Origin: Paraspadella gotoi
Lineage: Eukaryota > Animalia > Chaetognatha
Direction: 5' to 3'
NCBI GenBank assembly: GCA_051294375.1
Contig: CM119263.1
Span: forward strand, 9,726,432-9,790,431
Length of the DNA stretch: 64,000 nt
Part shown: positions 1-12,305 of the stretch, piece by piece
Layout of the letters: every line of letters starts with the position of its first letter
Position numbering within the stretch: the stretch's first letter is position 1
The notes under the pieces: model-generated
Seen by the model: the letters and a program-made list of their open reading frames with translations, nothing else
The model's database searches: none
Told to the model about the DNA's origin: nothing
Program-made: the position numbers and the translations under genes

Positions 1-365
1 TTGTATGTACTGTTTGAACTATTTGTTGTAAACATAAAACAAAAAGTTGTCTATTTAATCTAAATTATTTTCTTTGCTGTCTTCTACTTTAGAAAACAAA
101 GCCCGGAAAAAAAAAATTGTTTGACCGGACGACTGAAGTCGCATTTTAATCTTTTTTTAAAAAAATTGTCGTCTCAAAGCAAAGAAATTCGCGGATTCGA
201 TAAAAAAAAATCGATTTGATTTGATAATCGATCGATCGATCTTTTCATTCGCGTGCAACATCAATCTCAAAAAAAAATTGTCTCAGAAGCGAAAAAAGCA
301 GAAAAAAACAATAGAAATGAGCGACTTCAATGCGAGAGGGAGAAATCAATATTTCGCTCCGCATT

Positions 366-376
366 AGAGAGAGAGA

Positions 377-408
<32 letters not shown>

Positions 409-482
409 GGAGAGAGGAGAGAGAGAGAGAGAGAGAGAGAAGAGAGAGGAGAAGAAAGAGAGAAATTTAATCCAAAACAAAA

Positions 483-526
<44 letters not shown>

Positions 527-622
527 AAAAGAAAGAAAGAAAGAAAGAAAGAAAAGAAAGAAAGAAAAAGAAAGAAAGAAAAAAATAAAGAAACGAAAAG
601 AAAGAAAGAAAGAAAGAAAGAA
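366..622. repeat. Compound microsatellite (GA)n followed by (GAAA)n
   Basis: Directly visible. Confidence 0.95.
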
Positions 623-981
623 AACATTAAAGAATATGAAATACGATTTCATATTCCTCTTTTCAAGTTCAAGCCAGCATCTACCGGCATCATAAAATAA
701 ACAACAACCAAGCAGGCACACAAGCAACCAGCATCGACGATCATCTCAGACCCAACATAATAAAAAAAAAATGTTGGCGCATAAACGCGAGCGCAAACAG
801 AAGGCGACCGTAAAGAGACGCAGCGAACGGAAGCGTAAACAATCGACAAAAATAAACAATCTTGAACATAAACAATCAAAAGAGCAAACAATAACCGGCG
901 ACTTGAGAGATCTGTCATTGGCGATACTCTTTCGTTCGCGAGAGAGAGAGAGAGAGAGAGAGAGAGACGAGAGAGAGAGAC

Positions 982-1015
<34 letters not shown>

Positions 1016-1051
1016 AGAGGAGGAGAGAGAGAGAAGAGAAGAGAGAGAGAC

Positions 1052-1085
<34 letters not shown>

Positions 1086-1111
1086 TTGCATAGTGTTTAT
1101 TTTGAACTCAC

Positions 1112-4100
1112 CTCTTGTCCCTACTGACGAAACGGTCGTCGTCGACGTCGTCGTCATTATCGTCGTCTTTGCTCCAGTTTTTCTCAACAAAGATTTTAAG
1201 AAGAAATCGATTTCCTTTTGTTTCTCCTTCATTGCCGGTGACGAATCGTTTTCATTTTGGTCGGCAGAGTCGTTGTCATCGTTGTGACTTTCGTTGCAAA
1301 ATCCCGATTCCCTTCCACGCGATTTTGAAATTCGGGATTCGTTGTCATTCGTCGCAGTGTCTGTAAATGCCTTAGATGCAGTCAATGCCGTAGATTCAGT
1401 CAATTCCGATTGTGCCGTCAATGCCTCAGATGCAGTCGTCGGAGTTTCCCCAAACAAACCAAAGACCCTGAGAGAGTCGCTTCCGTCGGCGTAGTAGCGG
1501 TCGTCGTCACCCGTCGACTTTCGATTCGGCGTCGGGTGATGGCGCCCGCGCGACGCCGGGGGCGCCGGTCTCGAGAAGCGTCTCGACGCGGATATGACGC
1601 CGACGGAGACTTGAGCGCCGCAACCGGCTCCCTCGAAAATCTCGGCGGCGTCGGATTGTGCGAGGTTAGAGGTGTCAATAACGGCGCCGTTCGACAAAGA
1701 GTTTCCGGCTGAGTCGGCGTCGTCATCGTCATCGGAGTTGAATTGTTTACTTGTCGCTTCAGCTTCCACAGTCTTTTCCTTCAAAGGCGACCTTCGATGG
1801 AAGACTTCAACTATGTCGTCGTCTTCGTCTTCGTCGTCATCATTTTCGTCGTCATCTTCGTCGACGATTCCATACATTGAGAACTCCTTTGGATCTTTAG
1901 TATCATCGTCGTCCGCGCTGACTTTTGTTTGTTCCATAAATGTCAACACGTCCCGCCTTTCGTTTTCGTCGTTGTCGTCTTCATCGTCATCGTCATCGGC
2001 GTCGTCATACATCGTAGACTTTTCGTCATCGTCGTCATCGACATTTCCGTTCGTCGTCCTCGAACAGTCGGGGTCATCGCCTTCATAATTCTTTTTCAAG
2101 TTGTTCCTCCAGCCTGCCTCGTCAGCTTCGTCGTCGTCCTCGTCGTCGTCGGTGTCATTCGCATCGTCGTACATGCTGACGTCGCCGTCATCGTCCTTCA
2201 CCGCAAGCTTGTCCACTTCCGTCACTTTTTCCAATTCTTCGTCCTCGTCTCTGATCTCCAATTCCTCGATGGACGACCTCCGAGAGCCCGAGTCGTCGAT
2301 CCTCTTGGCGGAGCGAAGGGGTTGGCGTTGAAGGGGCGTTGGAGACGGCGTCAGACGGAGAGTTTTCGCCGCCACGAAAGTTGGAATTGAGTCGGTGTTT
2401 GGATCGGATAGAATGGAGTCGGAGTTAAGAGGATTGGATCGGTTGGAGTCGGAAGAGGGAGATTTAGATTGGTCGCTCAAGGAATGTTGGAATCCGTTGT
2501 AGGATTTTGAAGGCGTCAGAGGAGAAACGCTTGAGAAATTGAAATCGGGCGGATTTGACGAGGTAGTCGGACAGAATTTCGGTTCGGGAGTGGAAAAGGG
2601 CTTGCGACGAGGACTCCTTGAGGATGTTAAACCGTTTTGATTGCAAGTTTCGGAGAATGTTTTTACGAGACTTTGAAAATTGGAGAACCTGATGGGTGGG
2701 TCGGTAGCCGGGGATTGACTGGATGATTCGGATGTTGGAAGTCCGTTCGTTCGATCAATCGAAGGTTCGAACGATCGAACGGAAAAAGTTGAGGATAAAT
2801 TCGGAACCGAAGAGTGACGAGCGTTTATACGATCGGTATGGCCTTCCTCTTCCTCTCTGTCTTCTTCATCCTCCTCTGCCGTCTCGCTCCGGCTGGCGCT
2901 TTCCAGCAGCGGCGGCCGGTCCCGCCCGCGCAGCAACACCAGGGGCGCCAAGTCGAGCGGCTGCCGCTTCCGCACCGTCAAATGAACTTTGAGCGGGAGA
3001 TTCCTGAGCGTCTCTACCGCATCCGAGTAGCGGAGTTGCGTCAATTTGCGTCCGTCCACTTCGAGAATTTCGTCGCCGATCTCCAGGCGTCCCGCGCGAT
3101 CAGCTGGGCCGTTGGGGATGATTTCCTGGGGGGGGGAGTAGAAAGGGCAAAAAATTTGCAGTGAACTCTGAATACTTTTGCTAAGTGCTCATGTAGTGTT
3201 GTACAACTTAAATTCAAAATTTGAGTCGAATTCGCCTACATATGTACGTACTTCCAAGGAATAGATTTGAAAACTTCGAAAAGAATAAACAAATGCTAAT
3301 CAGGAAGTTCAAAAGCAATGTCTTTTACTGCAACGTAAGCCACAGCCAATGTATATTTCTCTCTCTCCCTGGTCCCCAATCCTACAAGACTCACTCTCAT
3401 CTCTTTCTCTATTTAATCCTCAATTCCTTATCCTTCCTCGCTCTCTCCCCGCCACCTACTCGAACGTAGACGCCGACGATGCTTCTGTCGTCGTTGACGG
3501 AGCCTTTGATGAGGAGCCCCATCCCGACTTTCTCGTCGCTTCGACGCTGAACGACGACGACGACGACGTCCTCGGCGAACCCTTCGTCCGTCGACGCCAA
3601 CATCGCCTCGTCCTCCTCCTCCTCCTCCGTCTCCTCGTTGTTGTTGTTGTTGTGAGCGATAATGTTTTTGGATTTGCGGCGTTTCCGCGCCAACAGGATA
3701 GCGTCGGCGCTAGGGCGGCGCCGGAACTCGAAGCTCTGTATGAGGCGCTGGACGTTTGAGGCGGTGCAGCCTGAAAGGAGGGAAAAAATCTGTTTTGGCA
3801 AATGTCAATGTAGTATGTTTAAATATATAATTGAGCCGTTGTAGTGATGCTTTGTTTTAAGTTGAGTTAATTTACGGTTTTAGATACAGAAAAATTAGGT
3901 TTTAGGTTGAACGTTGTACATAAAATACTGTTGCTCTGAAAATACCAAATTATTTTAGGTAGGAAATGGTATTATTTTAGGTTATTATATTTTATTTTAG
4001 TATTATTTTAGGTGGGAAAAAGGTTAAAAAAACAAATTTAACGCTAAAAAAATTTGGGGCAGAAATGTGCTCAGAACCAAAAAAAAATAGAAAATCCATG

Positions 4101-7008
4101 AAGTGGCGAGAACTGGGAGCAGATTCGCTGCGAATTTCTCGGGAGAGATTTCTCAGGAGATTTCCCTTCTGCATGAAAACCGCGCGACGGTTCTGCGACG
4201 AAACCCGAACCCCATCGTATTGAGCGACCATAGAGCGATTATAGCGTGCAGATGCAAATACGGATCTAATGAGCGGATGCAACAACAACTGATGGAAAAT
4301 GCGGTTGCACCAACGCATCGATAAAGCTATGTCGGATTCGAAGGAAAACCGGAAATATAAACATTAAACAATTAATCGGAGATTTCGCGAGCGATTTATG
4401 TTGTTTTACTGGGTTTTTTTGGGGGTTTTTTTTAGTAACCATCTCATTAATGATTATAAGCACCTGCTTTCGACGAGGTCCGATCGTTTAACATGTCGTC
4501 GGCGGCGAAAACGTGGCGATCGTCGTGGAGGCGAAGAAACGACGAGTCGCTTCCGTCGGAAGACAAAAGGGAAAAGTCGAAAGCGGACAAATCGAAGACG
4601 GAGGTGGGGGATGAATGGCGGGTGGTGGAGATGGGAGAGCAGATGGGTGGGGTGGAGGAGATGGAGAGGAGATGGGTGGGGTGAGAGAATGGGAGAGAGA
4701 TAAGTGGGGTGGTAGATATGGGAAAAGAGATGGTGGGTGAAGGAGATGGGAGAGCAGATGGGTGGGGGAGGAGGAGATAGGAGAAGAGATGGGTGGGTGG
4801 AGGAATGGGAGAAGAGATGGGTGGGGTGGGGAGATGGGAGAAGAGATGGGTGGGGTTGTGAAGGAGTCGGACGTCAATGGGATCGTGGAGATAGAGGACG
4901 GCGGTGAATGACGGCGGGTGACTCCTACGGATGGAGAAATATTCATATTAAATCGTTAATATATAAAATTAAAACATTCTAGTTTATCCTTAGCTTGATA
5001 GTTGGAACAGTTAATCACCTCGTGGCGAAATTGGGGATTTTCGTTGTTCATTTTTTTCGAAATCGAAGTCGAATTCCTCGTGCGACGAATCGGCGAAAGA
5101 TGGCGACGAAATCTCGGAAATTCGGGAGAATCTGAAGGAAAGGGGGAAAGTAAATGACAATGTAAGCAAAGTAATTTTAAGTAAATAAATTAAAATTATA
5201 ATGACTAAGTTATCTTATAAATCTTTATCACCCACCTAATGTCGAAGGCTAACGGTTTATTCACTACGGGCCCGTAGACAAGAGAATGCACAGACTGAAA
5301 AAAAAAGAGAAATTAATCAAATAGAACATATACAAATCCATCAAACGGGGATGAAACAATATGAAATATACTGACCAAAAAGCGTCAACAAAATGACGAA
5401 GGTGAAGAATAACAGATGATTAATATTCAATCAGTAAATACCAACCACAGTGGAATTGCGGAACAAAAGAATCCTGGTTTTCGATGCAGACTTTTTTCGT
5501 TTGTTTGTTTTTCTGTATCTCTTCAATTAATGCCTTTCGTTTGCTTACATTTTACGCTTTTCTCATTTGAAATTCAAATTCACAGGGGGAAGGTAGAACG
5601 TGGAGTTCTTAATTTGCATCAAATTATTTCTTTTTCAGATTCAAACCGCTCAGATTTTTCTTTTTCATTCTTTTAATTAAAAAAAAAAAAGCATTCTAAA
5701 AGTAGATTCTAACACAAACCTGGAGCGAATCTTCGAGGGGGATGGCCGATCTTTGCAGTTCCACCTCCACCCAGGAGGTAGCGCTGGTGACTCCGTCATT
5801 GTGGTCGTGAACGGTATCGTAATCATCGTGAACGAAAGGAACGCGAGACTCGTTCACTCCGTCGCAGAAATCACGACAATTCAAATCAGAAAATGGATTT
5901 GATTGGAAACCTGAAGAAAAAGATTTCGAAATAATTTGTAAGTAATTATTTGGCTATCGAATTTCTTAAAGCTCCACCTTTTATCGGCGTTGAACATTCG
6001 ATGTTTTTTTGTTTATCTCGCTTTTTTGAATGGACGATGATCGGCAGATGTCGCTGGTCGAAATTAGTCTCGCTTTCGATCTTATAAACAGCGTCGGATG
6101 AGGATTTAGTGAGGACGGATTCCGAAGAACGCCATCTCTGGACTGGAAAGGGATTGTATAAAATTATTAATGAATATAAAAAAAAAATATTAGAACGAAT
6201 TCTCTCATCGAAAAATAGAATAAATTAAAATTCGTGTAAAAATCGCAACTTTTAAAATCGAACCCACTTAAGGTTTCTTCGAGGTCGTATTCGTTATCAT
6301 GTTTGTCGTCGTCGTCGTCGTCGTCGTTAAAATTTATCGATTGTAATATCTAAGAAGATCAAGAGATTATGCGATTCGAAGAAACATAATAGACGAGCAG
6401 TCTAACACTCTGGCATATAGGAAAACGAACGAAAGAACTAACGAAAGAACAAAGAAAAAAAAGAAAAAATAGAAGAACAGTTATATTATATATATTTTAA
6501 TAACATAATAAACAATATAATTTTATTACTTATCTATTTTTAATTTCAATATTGCCTTGCGAGATCTGAAAATTATCCCACAGGAAACGAATGAATTCCA
6601 AGCATTTTTAATCAGACAAATAATGATGAAAATGTGAGATGACAGACGAAAAGAAAATAAAATTTAACAAAATCTGGAATTGAAAGGTGACGGATCGAAA
6701 TTCGATCAAAGGAAATTGAACTTTTCATCGATCGATGGAGACACAAATTGAGAAATTTCAATAGCCGAGTGTTTACCCCGTAATTTTTCTATCACACGCT
6801 TTCTTTTTTTTTTTTATTTAAAAAAAAATTTGAAGAGTCTTTCTGCTTTGAATTGTTATGCCGTCTACTTTGTCGTCGTCGTCGTCGTCATCATCATCGT
6901 CGTGATTCTGTGTTCGCAGCGAAGAGCGAACACGAAAATTCCTTCAGAAATCCTTCTACCATTTACGCTTTCCACAAACGAAACGAAGAGAGAGAGAGAG
7001 AGAGGAGA

Positions 7009-7077
<69 letters not shown>

Positions 7078-10000
7078 CGCCGGTGTCAAGGTTTACGTGC
7101 AGCATATTCAACCGGGCGCCAGTGACAAGTTTAGAATGAAGAAATTATCTACAGAAATTTAGAAAGCTGAGGAAAAGTCAGAATGTCGCATAATTTCCAA
7201 TCAGATCCTCATTTGCGGCAACCATTTGGGGCCGCGTTGCAAGTGGAATACACAAATAGCATTCAGTGTTTGATTTAAATCGCGAGGTTTTGATTCAAAC
7301 GAAATGCGAACCACAACGCCAATCAGATTGCAAATGGAACACAATGTAGTTCGAAACGGACAATCGATATATTTACGCGCCTAATTCCTCTTTCAGCGAA
7401 TTTCGTGCTGTCAAAACTGAATGAAAAGTCGTCGTCGTCATTATTTTCGTTCAAGCAAAACTTCGTTACGGTTCGAGAAAATAAAAGAATTAAAAAAAAA
7501 ATAATGAGAAGAAAACAACCCGAGTCTAAATGTTTGAGTAAAAGGAAAAAGACGTAAAGAAAGGTTTTAAAACATAAAAAGAAAAAAAACATCTTTCACC
7601 GATATATATATATTCTTAGTTATATTTAAGGCCAGGGATCACTCAACCTAAAATTGTAGAAATCTTAATTTACTGTATCTTAATCATTTTCTCATATCTT
7701 GTAAGAGGTTTTCTATTGAAAAATAATCAAAAACTTTTAAAAATCTACATAAAATGTTCATAAAAATTTGAACAAAATTTTTTCTTCGGTAAAACTAGAT
7801 TTTCAAGAGAAAAATAATTTTTTATATGTAAGCTAAATTTCTACAACTAAATTTTTAACTTAAAACTGATTCTTTACAGTAAGCTCAATTTCTACTTCTT
7901 ATATTTAATTCTTCCTTTGGTACAAGTACATACTTGGAGGGTTCCATTAGGATTGTACCCACGTAGGATTGCGCCCAGAAAATTGCGCCCACAGCATTGC
8001 GCCCACTTATAATTACACCCGCAGGATTGTGCCCATGTAAAATTGCGCCCAATTAGGATTGCGCCTCCGTAGTATTCCGCCCACATAGTATTCCGCCCAG
8101 TAGAATTGCGCCCACTTAGGATTGCGCCCACAGAATTGCGCCCAGAGGATTGCGCCCAAAGGATTGGGCCCAGGTATAATTGAACCCGTGTAGGTCTGCG
8201 CCCATAGGATTGCGCCCATAGGATTGAACCCATAGGATTGGGCCCAAATACAATTGGGCCCACATATAATTGGGCCCATATATGATTGGGCCCACGTAGG
8301 ATTGGGCCCACATACAATTAGGCCCACATATGATTGGTCCCACGTAGGATTGGGCCCATGTAGGAGTGGGCCCTGATGCATTGCGCCAACGTAATCCCCA
8401 AAACTTTAAAATATAAAAAAAAGAGATGAAGAGAAGGAAATATTCACAGTATTCCCATGTAGGTGCAATACTATGTGGTTATATGGGCCCAATCCTATGT
8501 GGGCTCAATAATACTATGGGCGGAATCCTACGTGGGCCTAATCCTATGTGGGTAGAATCCTAGATGGGCGGAATCCTACATGGGCCCAATCCTATGTGGG
8601 CGGAATCCTAGGTGGGCGGAATCCTATCTGGGCCCAATCCTATGTGGGTTCAATTCTATGGGCGCAATACTATGGGCTCAATCCTTCGGGCCCAATGCTC
8701 AGTGGGTGGAATCCAACAGGGGTACAATCCTTTGGGCGCAATACTATGGGCGCAATTCTATGGGCGCAGTCTTAGGTGGGCGCAATTTTACGTGGGCGTA
8801 ATCCTACAGGGCTGAATCCCATGTGGGCGTAATCTTACGTGGGCGGAATACTATGGGTGCAATTCTATGTGTTCGCAATGCTACTGGGTGCAATCCTTGG
8901 GGCGCAATTTTATGGGCCCAATAATACGTGGGCCCAATCCTGCGACTACCACTTGGAGTTGTATCACTAATAAGTCTATAATAAACTACTCTACTCATTT
9001 TCCAGACGGGTTTTTATACTTTTGTGAGTTTTATGAGTTAAAAAACTTATCGAATTTATTTCAATTTGACTTTTTACTTTATGTAAATGTTTAATGAGTT
9101 TAATGAGTACAGAATTTGACTTTCTTGACGAAGTGAAGTTAAAAACGAAGAGTTGCAGCTCAAACCGATGAACTTTTCTTGAAGAAAAAAATATCTTGGG
9201 CAAGAAAGGAAAGGTGGGGAGATTCTATGAGCTCGTTTTTGAAAAAATGTTTTTCGTTTCAAAGATATCAAGGAATTAATCCCAAAAATTGATTAAAATA
9301 ATCAAATTTTAAATGAAGGAAGGAAAATTTTGAAAGTATCTTTTCATAGAATTGGAGTTCGTGACCTAAAGGTAATTCATGCCAAATTTTATGAGAAACC
9401 GCCTTACCGTTTGGGCTGCAACTCTTCAAATAGGTTTCTTTTATTTTATATAGTACAAAAAAAATCGAAAAAACGATGACGTCTTTGAAAAAATAGTAAA
9501 GTGAATACATTTTCGGAATCGTCAGGAGCTCTCCTTTCAAAATCCGAGCTCGGTTTTAGCCTAATTATAATTTGAATTGAGTGATCCCGGACCTTAAAAA
9601 GAACTCGTTTAATTTTGTTTTCTCTCTCCTCCCACTTTATTGGTTTCGGTGTCCAACGAATCGGAACTCCGTCCGTCCATTCGATGACGTCAACTACCTC
9701 GTCTCCCAAAAAAAATGAATTAAAAAAAAAAAAAAATTCCAATAAACGCGTTGGACCCCAAAAAGTCCGCGTTTGTATTCAGCGAGTGCGGGGCCGGGAG
9801 GAGCGAGAAAGCGGTGAGAGGGAAAAGGGTTGAGAGAATGCTGCGAGGGGTAGAGCAGAAGAAAGGTGCGATACCGTGCGGGTGAGGGGGAGAGGGGGAG
9901 AGATTATCATTATAGAAGACGTACAGTGATGAAATATATAAAAAACGAAATAATAGATATGTATATGTGAACGCGTGAAAGTGTCACAATAGAAGAAAAA

Positions 10001-10625
10001 GGAAGAATGAATGAACAAAAGAAAAATCGAGGACTTGGTCCTTCTCCTTGTGAATTCGTGACGACCGAGAAAAAGCCATCGGACGACGACGACGACGAAG
10101 ACGACGACGAAGACAGAAACTGCGTCCGTGGAGGAAATAATCAAATCACGAGCGGAAAGTGGAAACGCGCGTGGCACAAATACGAGAAATGCTGGGGACG
10201 GAGAGAGAAAAAAATAAAGAAAGAAATCTGTTGCGAAAGTTTTGTTACTGAAATGAGTTTTTACTCTGCTTCTGACCTCGATACGAACCCATTCAATCCT
10301 TACCCTTATCCTTACCCATTCAATCCTTACCCTTGAATCTGACCCTTTTTTCGGCCCGGTTTTCGTCTTCTTCCGGTTCGGAGATGTCGCCGCGTTGCCA
10401 ACCCTTGCGGCCGACGTCCGCGTCATTATTTCCGTAGTTCGATTTAACTTCCCCGTCACTTTGTCGTCGTTCTTCGTCCCCGCGCCACTCCTGTCCGCGA
10501 TCGCCACTGCCGCGCCGCATCCGGCGCCACTCGGCGGCATCCGGCGATTCGACGCCGTCTCTCCGGTTCTTTGACGACAAATTCTCCGCGGATTGCGAAC
10601 GACGAACGCAGCGCCACTTGAGCAT
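1112..10625 (-). CDS. Multi-exon PDZ-domain protein with N-terminal RVxF motif and long acidic/Ser-rich disordered regions; 3' end unresolved
   Basis: Exons (minus strand): 10625-10331, 9702-9636, 9560-9509, 6349-6268, 6142-5978, 5910-5720, 5294-5236, 5131-5019, 4924-4464, 3770-3460, 3125-1112. All introns are GT..AG with matching phases (1,2,0,1,1,0,2,1,1,0). Exon 4924-4464 needs one frameshift inside a Pro/Ser/His repeat. Splicing 3460 to 3125 gives VVVQRRSDEKVGMGLLIKG...VGVYVR|EIIPNGPADRAGRLEIGDEILEVDGRKLTQLRYSDAVETLRNLPLKVHLTVRK, a canonical PDZ sequence. A GTGAGT donor at 1111 implies further exon(s). The 5' exons are less certain than the PDZ exons. Confidence 0.8.
2965..3575 (-). other. 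PDZ domain split by a phase-0 intron (3126-3459)
   Basis: KVGMGL carboxylate-binding loop (GLGF-type), VYVREI beta strand, GPADRAGRLEIGDEILEVDG signature, and alpha-B helix YSDAVETLRN. Confidence 0.93.
7940..8950. mobile_element. Foldback-type non-autonomous DNA transposon: two inverted arms of a ~20-bp minisatellite, 8-bp TSD ACTTGGAG
   Basis: Left arm (~7948-8390) has TAGGATTGGGCCCAC-type units. Right arm (~8455-8945) has the reverse complement GTGGGCCCAATCCTA, with a ~60-bp AT-rich spacer between. Read inward, both ends start GGT with AGGATTG at the same offset. ACTTGGAG directly flanks both ends (7932-7939, 8951-8958). Lies in an intron of the PDZ gene. Confidence 0.85.
9147..9427. mobile_element. 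Small imperfect palindromic element (MITE-like remnant)
   Basis: GAAGAGTTGCAGCTCAAAC (9147-9165) matches the reverse complement of 9409-9427 at 18/19 positions. An inner inverted match ATTCTATGA/TCATAGAAT is also present. No TSD identified. Confidence 0.5.
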
Positions 10626-11314
10626 CGCCGAGCAAAAGTGAAAGCAAAATCGAAACGTCGAGTTTCGGAGTCTTTTGTTATTTGTTAAAGATTAAGGTTA
10701 TCTATTAAACGATTATATTTTTAGTTCGGATGTTTGGAAACAAGAGTTCCTATATTTTTGGGAATTTCGGTTCATGACTTTTTTTAGTCTATTTTTTTTT
10801 TTTTTTCATTATTTTTTACTTCATCCCACAAGAATCTTATCGATTCAAAGAATTTTTTTTTTTAAATTTTTTTATTATACTTAACACTTTTTTTAAAATA
10901 TTTGCACGCGAAACAGGGAATTCAAGACGAGGCCCCTATATTTTTATATAAAAAATGCTGTAGACAACAAAAAGTGATTGCAGTATGTAGATAAGATTTT
11001 CGGGAAAGAATGGATATTCGATAATCGACATATGTTTGGTGGAATAATGTCGACGGCGAGTGTTTTAACAAGAAATTATTTTAGCACTAATGGTGTTGTT
11101 TTTTTGAGAGCCACTTGAATTATAAGATCATGTAACGGATTGAGTAGCGCTTCAGGCGTTATTGGAAGAAGGAACAATTAGTTAAATGGAAAACTTTTCG
11201 TGTCTCGCCGGAAACTAAAATCGTCGAAAAAAAGGAAAAAAAACGACTTTCCATGTCATCAGAGTTTTATTGAATTGATTTTTTTTTTAAATTAATTAAT
11301 TAATTAATTAAATA

Positions 11315-11316
11315 AT

Positions 11317-11375
<59 letters not shown>

Positions 11376-11397
11376 TTTGTTTACCTATTTATTTATT
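11315..11397. repeat. (ATTT)n microsatellite between the divergent genes
   Basis: Directly visible. Confidence 0.9.
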
Positions 11398-12253
11398 AAG
11401 TATATTTTATGAAAATGTTTGTTTATTTACTTATCTCGAGTCTCATGGATAAAAGTTCGAAAAATCCTTGAATCGAGGAATAAGGAGGATCGATGCCAAT
11501 GGTCCCTCGACAATGTGAGCGACAACGATGGCGACGACGACGACGACAAGAAAAGAAATAAAACAATGCGACTTCCGAATTTCTTTGGGGCGAAATCTGC
11601 GGAAGCGGGCTAGTCGCGAATTGGTCGCTCAGAATCGATGGTCAAATCGGTCGATCTTTGATAGATTCTCTGATAGAATGAGGTTTGTCGGTCGTTTGTC
11701 GGTCGTTTGTCGGTCGATAGTTCGTTTTTGTTTGTTGTTGTTGTATTTCTCTGGTGTTTGTGCGGAAAAGTTAAAAATATATTTTTTTTTTAATCTAGAA
11801 ATTGTCAGTGGTCAGTTAAAAGTTAAAATTAATACATAATGTAAATATATAAAATGTATCTAAAATATTCTTTTTCTGAATAATGTGTCTTTCATTCTTT
11901 CATCATTGCTTTTTAAAATATTCAAGAGGTTTTAGTCATTGTTCTCTTTTTATACTAACGGACAACGGATTCACTATAGGCTCGTTTACCGCTGCCTTTT
12001 TGTTTTCTAATAAGAATTCCAAAGCAGGCTCGTATTTTTTTTTTTCAAAGCAACGTGTAGTCAGTCACTCTCTTTTCGTCGACAATTATCAATTTCGCTT
12101 ACTAGAAAATACAAATTCAGGCTCATAAAAGTTGACCGTCGCAATGTTGATTCTCGAACCAGGATCTCGCTCTCTGTCCGCCTCGCGAACCAGAGCTCGC
12201 TATCTAGGAAAGAGAGAGAGAGAAGAAGAGAGGAGAAGAAGAGAGAGAGAAGA

Positions 12254-12303
<50 letters not shown>

Positions 12304-12305
12304 AT

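Noticed and set aside
649-911. Possible hydrophobic terminal exon of the PDZ gene (phase-compatible CAG)
   Set aside because: Intervening AGs precede the acceptor and there is no recognisable sequence, so it cannot be supported.
915-1111. C-terminal SLSLSL part of the 714-aa ORF
   Set aside because: It lies beyond a GTGAGT donor at 1111 and is (CT)n read-through into an intron.
7075-7130. Plus-strand peptide GVKVYVQHIQPGASD resembling a PDZ strand
   Set aside because: It is on the opposite strand to the PDZ gene, has no pyrimidine tract upstream and no further PDZ motifs.
7892-8815. Repetitive ORFs (WAQSY/GRNP/GPIL) and a CRISPR-like appearance
   Set aside because: These are translations of the minisatellite arms; there are no unique spacers, no cas genes, and the context is eukaryotic.
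10288-10332. Three tandem GGTAAGG donor copies after PDZ-gene exon 1, spaced 15 and 12 nt apart, as in-frame alternative donors
   Set aside because: Reading past the first donor hits TGA (FKGKD*), so the downstream donors give no extended protein.
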